Source of the DNA: Podarcis muralis
Lineage: Eukaryota
Direction of reading: 5' to 3'
DNA length: 64,000 nucleotides
Assembly: GCF_964188315.1 (NCBI RefSeq)
Contig: NC_135663.1
Span: 19,530,001 to 19,594,000, forward strand
Shown here: positions 37,141-49,150 of the stretch, piece after piece
How positions within the stretch are numbered: position 1 is the first letter of the stretch
Layout: each line of letters starts with the position of its first letter
Made by a program: the position numbers and the translations under genes
Notes under the pieces: generated by a model
Databases searched by the model: none
What the model was told of the DNA's origin: nothing
The model's input: only the letters and a program-made list of their open reading frames with translations

Positions 37141-38697
37141 AAAGAAACATGCTAACACAAATGACCAGCAATGGCATTGCTGTTCTATCAGCTCTGATGT
37201 CAAGATTGCCTGCTAAATTTTAACATCTCCACTGGGTGGCTAAAAACTACATAGACAAAGAAATACATTTCCTTTTCGCTCTCTCCATGATCATGTTTTT
37301 ATGGATGAACTAAAGTATACCTACTAATCGAATATAATAATAAAAAAACCTAGCACAGCTAGTGTTTGTTTTGGAAACTGATGTTCAGCAACAATTTATT
37401 GATGCCTCAAAAGTAGTTAGAATGCTGCACGGGATTCTGAAGGCATTTTCTAAATGCCCTTACTTTTGATTTGGGACTTATATCTACCATGAACATCAGC
37501 CATCATTACAATGATGAATGGAGGGGGATATGCAGAAATACAGCAACAGCCTTAAGCAACTCAAGGTAATTTTAGATGAGGCTGGAGCAAGAACATATTC
37601 TTGATTAACTGAATTTACAGTGAATTAATAGGAGTGAGTAAAAGATGAGTAGTCATCCATTTCATTTTTCCAATTGCCTAAGCATGCTTCCAAAGCAAAG
37701 AAAACCATTAAATTCAATGGGAATTATTTCTGGGAAGACTGGTCAATCCTCAGCACCCTCCAATTAAGATCCATTGAAGACAATTGGACATATTTTTTCA
37801 TATGCCAAACTGGTTTCTATCCCATATTCTCTTGAAAGCTAAAGATGCAATATATATCTAAAAGAAATATACAAAAGTAATGTCCAAATCATGGCTTTAG
37901 CTTACATTATATATGACAATTCCATGTTGAGTAATGTCCAAACACAAATCAACAAGTTGAAAAATTCTGACATTTTAATTACTATGATTGGCGTTTTTTT
38001 TCTGGTAAAAAGATGGAGTGCTGGTACTCATATATTAATAAAAATGTCATGGGTGCCAGCACAAAGGAGCTTCTGCAAGCCACAAAAAGAGGTGCTGTAC
38101 TGATGAATACTGTCTGTCACAAAAAAGCCCTAACTATAATATATCCCTGTTCTGTCTGTTTAGTAGCTAGGCCATGGAAGTGATACACTTCCTATTAAGC
38201 TCCTAACATTTTTGTTTTTATTTCAAATGCATTCTCTACCTGAAAATTAAATCAACAGTTCCCAACTGGAAGATGTATGCTCACAGAGCAGGTAACCACG
38301 GTTTTTCATTATGTCCAAACTGGACCACTGATTATACTCTTATAACAAAAATGCATATAAACACCATCCATGTGGAAAAGAACTAAAAACTGACTGTACT
38401 TTATAACTTTCATGTTTTCTTAACTGTTTAAATCAGGTATTAGTGGATAGAGTTTTACATAATTATGAGGTGTACTGAACACACACACACACAAAATTAT
38501 ATATCATTATACACCTACACACAAGATATTGTTTCCATTGTCTTGCTGAAGTTTGCATTCTGCACTGCAAGGAACCCCAGTGGACAGCTTTGATCATGAT
38601 GTGTGGCTACCAGTGCAATAAGATGAAAGTGAAGGTGGCAGACAGGTTCCAAATTATTAAGGTTGTTGAATCCATCAAGTGCATGAGCTCAGAATAT

Positions 38698-38721
38698 GAG
38701 AGAGAGAGAGAGAGAGAGAGA
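38698..38721. repeat. (AG)n microsatellite
   Basis: Seen directly. Confidence 0.95.
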
Positions 38722-40682
38722 ATGTTGCAAACTGGTTTACAGGCAAATCCTACTCAGCACTTCTTTTACAAATACAAATAGTTACAGCCAACATATCAAA
38801 TAGAACTGGTTCACTGATGCATCAAGATAATTAAGTCCTTTTTTTCACTCCAACCTCCCTCTCTCCTTCTCTCTTTCGGCAACAGGATTCATTTAGGTGC
38901 TTAATTAAAAAGCGTATCCCCAGAAGGTTGGCGTATTCTCATATTATATTTCACTTTTTCCACACCAAGCATTTTCAAACTGCTGCTGTTGCTAATACAG
39001 TGAGTTAGAGAAAATATCTGCACATATGGCTCCTTTTATTCTCCTCTTTCAGAATTATCACTTTAATTTAATTATAGGTTCTTTTGAGGGGGGGGGGGAC
39101 TTGGTAACTTTTAACAATATAGTTGCCAGCATGCACACATGGAACAAATGAAACAAAATCTGTGTAATATGCATAACCTTTGACCTCTACTTTCAAACCC
39201 AACTCTTTCACCATCATCCTCAGCATATAAATCTGTCAGTGCTGTGTGTGTCACCAGGGGACCTGAATGCTGTGCCACGAGGAGAATAGTTGCAGTACCT
39301 GACATCAGTAGAAATTTTCAGAATGCATAATTAAAGGCATAAGCCAGAAATGTTCAGTAATCAGTTCATTGCAAGCTAAATGCAGAGATGATATATCAAA
39401 GTAAGGGAAGTTTAGTCGATAAGGGCATTTTGCCTACTTCAACCTGATATGTGGGGTTTAGTCTGGTAGTTATCTGAAATCTGGACTGCTATTTTATTGT
39501 TTCACTAAATAAAGTAGTTGAGCATTCAGAGATCTGGACTGGCTAACACCAGTCTCCTGCGATACAGCTTTGGATGAGAGAAAGACAGAGCATGCTATGC
39601 TGGGTTATTTATTTGTTTAAAAAAGAAGGGCATCACAAGACACCTACAAATGAGAAAGGACCTAAAGATTTCCTATAGCTTAGGGGTGTAGTAAGTCACT
39701 TTCCATCCTTCTTCATCTGGTTCTTTCCCCAGTTAAAAAAAGCTTTTCGAGTAGTATACTGTCTGGTCTTTCTCTGCTTCTTTCCACTTTGATTTCCAGT
39801 GCTAGAATCTATACTCTTTGCGCTGCAACCTTAAATACGCACACAGCTCTGGGGTCACAGTGAAGAAGTGATCATACAAAATGCAAAGCACTGTTTAGGG
39901 AGAATCCTAGCCACAAATGAGGTATCCTGTTCCCTATTATCACCATGGCCTTGCTCCAAGTTTTAATCTCTTATGAAGCATTATTAGCAAATATACGGGG
40001 AATAGGAACTTCACAGTGGTGGCCCCATTTTATAGAATTACTTTCCTAGGGAGAATTATCACAGCACTCCCCTGCTTGCATTTAGAAGCTAGCTTATGGC
40101 CACAGTGCATCATAGTGCTGGCAAGCAGGAAGTACATGTACAGTTTGAGATGTTATGAATGTGTTTCCTGCAGCTGATTGTCCTCCTTTTTGGCAAATAG
40201 AGTGCTAAAGGGGAAAACAGCTTGCCTGGTCTGCTAGATTACCTGCTTTCATAAAAGTTTTCAAAATAGCTCTATTCTCCCATGTCCACATATTACTAGA
40301 AGTATGTCCTAAAGATGCAACAGTGCACACAATTAGCCTGCGTAAATCCCACTGAGGTCTATGGGATTTATGCAGTTGATTTGTGTGCAGGAGTGCAGCC
40401 CAAGTCATTTCTTTTTAAGAAAGTCTTAAGGAAATTTCATCATAAGGGATGGATAACAGCTGGCTCTGCTTTTCTTAATCTGACATTATGGTTTTATTTT
40501 ATTATGTTCTGTAGCTTTTACTTTTCATGTATATTACTGCAAGTCACTGTAAGTTACCCTGAACTTATAAAGTACTGTATAGATATTATAATATATATAA
40601 TTGCATTGTTGTTCATTTGTGTGACTCCTTTGCTAAGCCCTATGAAAGCGAATACGGTACTCCAAGGCCCGTAAGTTGTAGC

Positions 40683-40846
40683 CAGTGGCGTAGTGTGGGG
40701 GGTGCAGGGGGGGCCGGCAGCACCGGGCGCAACATCTGGGGGGGCACTTGCACTCGCACTGCTAAAATCAGTGCTAAAATCCACGGGTTAGGGGGAGCAA
40801 ATTACTTGCCTTGCCCCGGGTGCTGACAACCCACGCTATGCCACTG
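40683..40846. mobile_element. hAT MITE, same family as 9023-9202
   Basis: TIR CAGTGGCGTAG / CTATGCCACTG with a perfect 8-bp TSD GTTGTAGC. Confidence 0.9.
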
Positions 40847-42795
40847 GTTGTAGCTCACACCTAACAACTTCTCCCCAAGAAATATCAAAAGAAATCTTGG
40901 CAGCTTGAAGAAGTCAAATATGCACACAGCCTGAGATGTTAAAATAAAGATTAGTAATACAATAGAAAACTATAATTATTTTCCCAGTTAATTATAAACA
41001 TAGTTCTTCCTAATGCTTTATCCTCAGTGGTTTATTCGTATGCTGAGCAGCACATCTCTCTAGGGAGAGGGCTAAAAAAAAAATCCATCAATTTCTCAAT
41101 TAGTGAATTTGTTTTCCAAGTTGTAGTGGAAAGAGAATGGAGAGGGCTCCAGAATTGCCCAAGGCATCCATGCCCTACTTCAAAAGATCAAGAGAAGAAA
41201 CAAGGCAAAATGCTTGATAATTATGAAAATCATTCCAGGGTGTACAGTTTTTTGAGACAAAAGAAAAGACCCACTTTACTTACTAAAATGGAAAAACTAG
41301 AAGTAGTTTTCATTTAAATCATTCATTTAATTGGGTTTGGATCCTACAAAAGCAAAGCCAGGTTTGAAATCTGAGTTCTCATGAGACTGGCTGTCTAATT
41401 CTCATAGTGCAGTGCACTATGGAGTCAAGAGTGTCGCCATAAGCTTTAGGGAGTCTTTTTTTTAAGCCAGAAAAAAAGAATTGTGGTGCAAAATTCAGCT
41501 AAAGAGGAGAGAGGAGATTGTGGATCCAGTAACCACCCCCCTGCACCCCATACTACCCCTTCTCAGACTTTGATCCTCAGATGTTGTGTAATTCCAACCC
41601 CCATTGTTCCTGACCTCCAGCTTCACTGACAGGCGATGATGAGTGTTGTAGTCCAACAACATCTGGGGAGCCACATTTTGGAAATGCTATTCACTGACCA
41701 TAGTGTCTGCACAGAGTTCTATGTGCACAGGGTCCTATCCTGTGCAGGTCTCTGTGTAGATATTATGACCAGTATAACACTGGGCCCATTAGTGGGATGG
41801 GCTCTGCGACCATGACTACAATCCCTCCCTTGATACTCTCTGTAAACATCTGCATAGGGCAACATGCATCATTATATCAGTTGAAGGAGCAGGGGGGACC
41901 TGTGAACCATCCAAATTTGTAGCAAAAATATCAGTCTCCTATGGTCAATTACACTATCTGGGTCAAATAATTAAAAAGAAATAGCTGAAGTGTCATGAAT
42001 TTTTGTTCAGCCTTTGCTTTAATGCTTTCTCAGTTGGTATCTGCTCTCACATATTTGTGACTAAGAGAAAGTCAGGAAAAGAAAAAGCTTCATGAACACC
42101 TGGTAAAAGTTCCAATGGCTATGCTTCATTCTCCTCTTTCTGCAATGGTTTTCACCTATGTATTTATTACATCCACTATTCTATTTCCAGGACATCTTAT
42201 AGTAGCAGGACTCCTCTTTCATTCATTACACAGTTTAAATGAAATCAGAATGCCATATACAGTTAAGATTGAATGTGCCCATATGAAGTTAACGATCATA
42301 ATATTATTAAAATTGCACGGGAAAAGCAACATGCATAATTGAAAGAGAGAGTGAAATGTAAAACGTTAACATTAGCTAACCACTACATGAATGTTCTCCA
42401 CAGATGGGGACAACAAAAAGTCTTCCACATACAGACACTCCTGCAATTCCCTCTGCCTACAGGTGCAGAAACTTTTCTACAGGTAATCCTGTGCCAACCC
42501 TAACTATAGTTGTAATTACTGAATGTGAAAAACAAGAAGTTTACACAGAGCATCGTTAACACCACTATTTACACATCATAAGCCAGATGTGAAATGCAAA
42601 CGCAAAGAAAGGAGAACAGCCTTATTTTAGAGCACTTGAATAAGGACCAGCCTTGCTATGAAATAATGCAGACCTCTCAAACCTTTTGGACTCTGAACCC
42701 CACAACCCAGTGGCAGCTCTCTCACCACCATATGATTGCAAATAATATTCAAGCAGAGCTGTATGTATGCAATGTGCTGCTCCATGGTTGGTATT

Positions 42796-42804
42796 TATTA
42801 TTAC

Positions 42805-42846
<42 letters not shown>
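42796..42846. repeat. (ATT)n microsatellite
   Basis: Seen directly. Confidence 0.95.
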
Positions 42847-42848
<2 letters not shown>

Positions 42849-45614
42849 GAATCCAATACTGGTATTAGAAGAGAGTTAGAAAAGGGCATGTCAGGTTCCT
42901 CCTAAAACAAGCTAATCACAAATGGAAGCATATATGGGAATAGATTGCTGTAGAAAGGAACATTACAGTAATATATTTCAAGACTCTGCAGTTTCCAAGT
43001 TAGCTTAGCAGTCTTGGTGGCTACATTAAAGCTATGACAATGGGAGAATCAGTACCTCTGACTCTGTCAGAGCTTCACAGCACCTGCAACTGAAATAATG
43101 TGAAGCAGTTGTACCAGACAGCAGATTCCAGAGGGGGCGCTATTTTGCCATCTTCAGTCTTGCTCATCTCTAAGAAAGCAGTCCAATCCAGAACACAGGG
43201 AAATATTTTTAGCTTCTTTCTTCACATTCATAAAGATCGAAGAGTAGCACTGACTTCTAAGTTCACCCACATGACACCCCAAAACAGTCTCTCAGTATAA
43301 AAAATAAAGTGATCCAAGAGATTGTCATGCACAATAAACCTAGTAGCGGCAACTTCATAGACATCTTAATAGTGGCGACTTTATTGATCCCTAAAGTGGC
43401 AGTCCTCCAGACTCCCAAGACCCACAGGAATTCCTTGGACCACAGAAGTTTTTAATACAGTAGGGTGGTTGTTGTTATTTTTTATATTAAAAAAAGTTCA
43501 AAAAAGGCATGTTGTATAATTGATGTCACTGTTTTCCATTTAACAGAAAAGCTTTTTTTTAAAAAAATAGTTTATTGGAATGCTTTACAAACTGCATGTC
43601 CAAGATTTGAGGGGATTCCTGTGAATTCCCTGAACCTGAAAGAGGAAATATGCCCACACTGAAAAGGATTCTGGTACTGACTTTATTGGGTGCTCTATGC
43701 AAAGAAACCTAACTGGACAATATTCCAGGTGTCCTGGGAAACACCTATCCTTGTTGTCTTCTGTGGGGCCCTCTATGCACACAATGTTCTTCCAGCTGTT
43801 GCTGAAAATGTGAATTTCTGGTGTGTGTCTCTTTTACCCACTCCACTCCTTTTACCATGGTAACAATGAAAACAGGTTTCTCAGCTAGCTTTAATGAGAC
43901 TGCTTGTTGTTATTGTATATATGACATATAGCTCAACACATGTATGGAACTTCTTTCCATCATTTGTTATTGAGCCAACTGGTGTGTGGCAAGGGAAGTT
44001 CAAGAAGGCACTCGCTTAAAGCATCTTGCAAAGGAAATGCCTTGTGATGTAGAAGCCAAGGCAAATACAATGTAGAGACCTGATTCTCTAGTGCAAGGTT
44101 AGTCAGAATGTAGCAAAACATTCCCGGGGACACAGAGATAATTCTGAAGGAGATATTTTACAGTCATCTTCAGGCTATAATAATAGTAATAAAATGGCTG
44201 CGGATTTATTCTCAGTTTAAAAAACGAGCTAGTGATATATATCTCTGTATGATGGTGCTACTTTCTATATGTACACAGGCAAATTCTTTGGGCGAAGATT
44301 ATGTTTTAGGCGTGCAGTGAAAGAGGTGGCAGGCAAGGGGGCTTAGAAACCAACGGAGGAACATTTCAGGAAAGCTCTTTTCCTGCTGAGCAAAGCAAAA
44401 AGGAGAAAGAAGGATGAACTCCCAGGCACCTCAGCCTGTCAGATAGTGCTTCTTATATTAGCCATAAGCAATTCAACTAATTGTCCCATTCATAGTGCCT
44501 TGCCCCCTCCCTTTCCAGTACTAATCAGATTATCTTCCCATTTGGCTATCTCTATGGAGCCTGCTTTTGTTCCCCAATTAACCCTTTTATTTGTTTGTTT
44601 GAGGTTATGAGATAAAGACAGTGCCATCCTTTCAACATGAGTTGGAGCCTTATCAGCTTCTCTCATTAATTCGTTCAGTGAATATTCAGGGGTGAGGGTC
44701 TCTCCTTCTGGCTTCCTCAGTCTTATATCAGGAAAACCAGCATTCATTATATATATATATATATGAAGTTAGTTGGCACCTGTCTGTCTGGGGAGACAAC
44801 AGAAGAGTGTGTTTGTTAAACCTAAAAAGCCACCCTTCTGCTGGTGCCTGTTGTTACTAATCCTTCACATGGAAACTGGCTCCTCTTGAAAGGTCCAGCA
44901 GAAGTGTGATTTCTGTTTCTCCTCTTGTTTTTATTCAAGTGCTGGGGTTCAAAGGAGCTGAGCCAACCAACCAGTTTTGATACTGCCCAGAGACTGCAAA
45001 CTTTGCAAAGGGTCCTTTTCATTGGGGATCTCAGCAAAGGAACATCAGCAGGGTACTGTGCACTCCTGGTAGCTATACAAATACAAACATTCTGACTCAA
45101 GTGGGGGGTGGGGGTGGTATAGCATTCTGATAGCATTGTCCACATATTAATATTTGGGTAGGGGCAAAAAATATCACCCCAAACCCTGAGGGCTGGAAGT
45201 GTAAAGCAAGAGGTCACTTGCTCTGGAGGTGCCTCTCAGACATTTTTTATGCCTACGGTGGAAAACATAAATAGTGCCTTGAACTACTGTTTTAATATGG
45301 TACACAATCCATCAGGAAATTCTCCTTCACAAGTCTCCAACTGAAATGCATAGCATCTGTGAGAAGGGAAGCATTGCATCCAGCTCCTGTTTCTTTTGAT
45401 AGGGCTTGCCCCAGGCAGCTTGCCCAGGAATGCTTCCCCACTGGATTCTACCCCATGGGGCAGATCTGTCTCTCACTCAACTCTCCTGCCCTCCCACCCT
45501 TCATGGCTGCCAAAACCTGCCACTTGAAGTGGCTGTCTCACTTTGGCTCATGTTTATAGAGCATGCAAGCGATTCACTCTCTCTGAAGTGCTCCTGCTGA
45601 AAGTCAAATTCGAG

Positions 45615-45755
45615 AGGGGTAGCCCTGTTAAGTCTGTTTCAACAGATCAAACACAGAGAGACGGAGAAAGAAGGTGATGGGCAGAGAGCCAGCCTTGTGG
45701 CACCTTATAGGCTTCTGCCACAAGAAACCTGCCAGTTATTAAGGTGCCACAAAAC
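45615..45755. mobile_element. Penelope-like terminal remnant with an inverted repeat
   Basis: GGGTAGCCCTGTTAAGTCTG...CTTGTGGCACCTTA motif and its inverted copy TAAGGTGCCACAA. Confidence 0.45.
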
Positions 45756-46908
45756 TAGGCAGGCGACGTCTCCTAGCGAAGTCAAAGAAAATGTGTTGGA
45801 CCTAGAGGAGTACCTCTGGCTGTGATCAGTTCAGCTGAGGGTGTGTGTGGGATTTCAAATGGTTTTCTGCAGTGCTGTTTTTCTAGAAAAAGAGGTGCCG
45901 GAACTCACCATGAACTGCGGTTCTCTTGTAATGGCAAAGACACCTAGCTGCATAGCAACACACGCTCAGAGAGAAGCCGGGACACATGAAGCGAAAGCCC
46001 CGGGTGCTACTGGCAAGGCCGGCAACAACCCTTTCCTTCCTCCTTCCCCAGATATGCCGAGGGGAGGCGAGGGCACGGGGGACATGCTCTGCCTGGCATC
46101 CTGACCCTACTCTCCTAAACTGCGAAGTACAGGCGCCTGCGTAGCAGAACAGCTTCACTCCGGGCTGCTTCCAACACTCCCTTCGCCACTCGCGTTTCCA
46201 ACGCCTCACCCGAGAAAGCGAAGCGATCGAGCTCGTCCCTCGCTCACCTATATGTCTACACACACACTTTCCAGCTCCAACTAGAGGAGATCGCGGGTCT
46301 CCCCCCCCCCCCCCCAGTCCTAGAGATCAAGCTGGATTAGGGGAGAGTCCCTTTCGCTCCCCATCTCCTGGCGAGGGGAAAGGGGGAGAGCCTCGTTTCG
46401 TAAGTTTCTCCCTTGCAGAAGCTGCGTGGATGGAGGAGGAAGAGGCGAAGGTGCGCGCGCGGGGGGGGGGGATGCCTGAAGACATCCATCCACACATCCA
46501 TCTCTCTCTCTCAGGAGCCACCAGCCCCATGCGGCGCCTCGAAGGCGGCAGTTCTAAGGCTCGGGAGACGAGCCCCCTTTTGGATCCGTCGGCACTGAAC
46601 GTCGAGTAAACACGCCCCAAAGGTGTCGGGGCCACTTGGGCAGAGGAAGGTAGAAGTAGCTATAGCGCTTAATGAGAGAGGTGCTGCTCCCCACCCCCGT
46701 CCCGAGCTGGACCTGCTGGTATCCATTAACCTGTGGAGAGGTGAGCGAGGAAAGCGCTCGCTCTCGCCTTTGCGGGCTTCTGCGGGGAAGGTGGACAGGC
46801 AGGCAGCGCCACTCAGTCCAGCCTGGGCAGGCCGGGAAAGAACTCTGAGGAGCCGAGAGAGAGAGGGAGGCAGGCAGGCGCCGCCTGGCCGAAGAAGGGC
46901 AGCCTTAC

Positions 46909-47035
46909 CTTGCGCGGCGGAGCCGGGGCTGCTGGCGCTCAGGATGGCCAAGGCGGGCAGCACGAGCATTTGCAGTAAGTATCCCAGTCCCAGTCCGTAG
47001 CGGGCGGCGGCGGCGGCTTCCAGCCCTTTCGCCAT
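46909..47035 (-). CDS. UNC5C: UNC5C (netrin receptor) coding exon 1: signal peptide MAKGLEAAAAARYGLGLGYLLQMLVLPALAILSASSPGSAAQ+G
   Basis: The translation closely matches the remembered human UNC5C N-terminus (MRKGLRATAARCGLGLGYLLQMLVLPALALLSASGTGSAAQD). Kozak is strong (GCAGCC ATG G). The exon is 127 nt = 42 codons + 1, followed by the donor CAAG|GTAAGG at 46908-46907 (phase 1, as expected before the Asp codon). Confidence 0.95.
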
Positions 47036-47500
47036 GGCTGCTGCTGCTGCTGCTGGGGGAAGCAGCCAAACCCCAAAGCCGAAGTCCAGCTCGCCGGTGC
47101 CCCAAGCCCACCCTCCCGCCCCTACTTTCTCCGCGGTGATGGGCTGCTGCGTCGGCCACGGGCCCACCTGGAAGCGCCGCCGCCCTCGCGACTTTTCCTG
47201 AGGGCGAAGCGGAGCGGGAGCAGTTGGCGAAGTGGCCCGAGACTTCAGAGAGAGGCGCTGCCTCGCTTCGCCTCAGGAGAGGAAGCGCGCGCGGCGGCGG
47301 CGGCAGCAGCAGCGCCTTCAGGCAGGCGGCACACTTGGGCACAGAGGGGCGCGCGCGGGTCTGAGGTGGACGGAGAAGCAGCCACTCCGAAACGGGCTTC
47401 GCCCGCCAGCCTCGCCGACTCTCTTCCCTCAGCCGCCTTGACTTGGCCGGTAGACCCAGCTGGGGCTGCTCCTCAGGCAGGACGGGCGCCCTTTCGCCCC
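47036..47500 (-). other. UNC5C: UNC5C 5' UTR / leader region (TSS not determinable)
   Basis: GC-rich sequence directly upstream of the ATG. There is no minus-strand ATG from 47036 to 47578. The upper boundary is a guess. Confidence 0.55.
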
Positions 47501-48627
47501 AAGCGCGAGCGGCAAGAGCGGGGTCCGGGCGGCGGGAGCTGCTGCTGCTGCTGCTGCTGCGAGGTGAGCAGGAATGGTCATTTCATAGTCTGGCCAAGAA
47601 GTCTGAGGGAGCTGGAGATGGCAGAGGCGGGAGGACGGGGGGAAGCGCCTCCGGCTCCGGCAGCATCCTTCTTCCCAACTCCGGCCGCGGGGACTCAACT
47701 GGAGGCGAGGCGAGGCAGCCCCGCAGAGGCACACGCCCCTGAGCGCGGCGCTGCCTGCGTGAAGGCGAAGCGAGAGCGAGAGAGCCGGCGCGCTTTTCCC
47801 CTCTGCCTCTCCCCCCCTCGAATGTGGTACACGAGCTGCGGAGCGGAGCCCTGGCGGAGGCACAACGCGCTCTAGCCAATGGAGCACCGCTTTCCCAGGG
47901 ACACTTGCAAAACCGGAGCTGGACTCGCGGACGGGACTGGCTCCTCCCCCTGGCTGCTGCTGCTGACGCGCTTCCCTCAACTCGAGAGTAGTAAGACTGT
48001 TGAGGGGGGCAGCGATCCTGAACGCAAATATGGCATGTGTTGCAATCCTATACACACCACTGGGAGTAAGTCTCCTTCGCTCATTGGGGTTTACTCTTAA
48101 GTAGGCAGGTATAGGCAGGTTGGACACTTACTTGAGACCAGACGTGGGTAACAAGGATAGATGTTGATATTGTGCCTTTAAAAGCCTGCATGCTGTGATT
48201 AGGGGGGGATGAGAGTAATAAGGGAAAGGAATCTCACCACACCCAGAGAACAGATTTCAGCAAAGATTCTCACCGCTGATGCTGAATGGTGACCACACCC
48301 AGAAAACAGCGGAGCTTCTCATCTAAGTGGCTGTAAATCCCACTATGAAATCCTAATGAATTTAGAGGGATTTGTTTCTGAGTAAACATGCTTGGAAATG
48401 TGCGGCTGTGTGAGTAAACAGTAGGAATATGTTCATGAGACTGGATTCATGAGGGATACAGCCACCTCTGGGATCTTGCCTTTGTGGTGTCAGGAGTCCT
48501 CTAACAGCTGTAAAACAAGAGCAGCAGTTTTCTATACTACCTAAGTTAGGTCTCTTTGGAATGAGATAATTCTAGACCTTTGCCACAAACTGCAAAGGAA
48601 GTAAAGTAGTGCTTTTGAACTGCTAGG

Positions 48628-48730
48628 TTGGCAGGAGCTGGGACAAACCACTGAGCCTCTTGGGGTTGCTGATTGGAAAGTTGGCGGTTCAAATCCCCAT
48701 GATGGAGTGAGCTCCCGTTGCTCTGCCCCT
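48628..48730 (+). mobile_element. Sauria-type SINE 5' fragment
   Basis: AAACCACTGAGCCTCTTGGG...GTTGGCGGTTCAAATCCCC...GGAGTGAGCTCCCGTTGCTC. Confidence 0.75.
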
Positions 48731-49012
48731 GGAATGGTGCTGCCAGTCAGAGTATGCAATAATGAACTACATGGGCCAAGGATCTAATGTGGTCTATGGC
48801 AGGTAGCTTCATGTTTTAAAGCCAAAGAGAGAGAGAGAGAGAGAAAGCAAGCTGCTGCCCTTCCTATGGAGACAAGCTGCAGCTTGGTTCTCTCCAGATT
48901 TTATATGTGTATTTTATTTGTAATATTTATGTTCCACATTTTACAAGAAAATCCACCCAGCTGCTATCTGCTAGAAAGAGGCAGATTTTAACCCTTTACC
49001 TTCATCTAGTTC

Positions 49013-49150
49013 CATAGAATAATAAAATGTAGAGTTGGGAGGAACCATGAGGATCATCTAGTCCAACCACTTGCAATGCAGGAACCTTTTGCCCAATGTG
49101 GGGCTTGAACCCACAACCCTTAAGGTTAAGAGTCGCATGCTCTACCGACT
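49013..49150 (-). mobile_element. tRNA-Lys-derived SINE with a CR1 3' tail
   Basis: The minus strand reads AGTCGGTAGAGCATGCGACTCTTAA..GGGTTGTGGGTTCAAGCCCCACATTGGGC (decayed tRNA-Lys), joined to GTTGGACTAGATGATCC...CCAACTCTAC...ATTCTATG. Confidence 0.8.

Larger units (their letters stand above)
1..46908 (-). other. UNC5C: UNC5C intron 1 (partial; continues beyond the window start)
   Basis: GT donor at 46908. No sequence resembling exon 2 (DDDFFHELPETFPSDPPEPLPHFLIEP) is recognisable in 1-46908. Vertebrate UNC5C intron 1 is known to be very long. Confidence 0.85.
45850..48030. promoter_or_regulatory. CpG island / UNC5C promoter
   Basis: Sharp rise in GC and CpG density spanning exon 1. Contains GC-box-like GGGCGG motifs and AGCCAATGG (CCAAT at 47876-47880), and lacks TE fragments. 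Confidence 0.85.

Noticed and set aside
46511-47167. 218-aa ORF spanning UNC5C exon 1
   Set aside because: Only 47035-46909 matches UNC5C. The remainder is read-through of GC-rich intron and leader past a canonical donor.
46327-48127. Numerous overlapping 60-230-aa ORFs in the promoter CpG island
   Set aside because: High GC suppresses stop codons, the products are low-complexity Arg/Ala/Pro/Gly, and no domains were recognised.
49091-49150. tRNA-Lys gene
   Set aside because: It lacks the 5' acceptor stem, has indels and substitutions, and is fused to a CR1 tail, so it is a SINE head rather than a tRNA gene.
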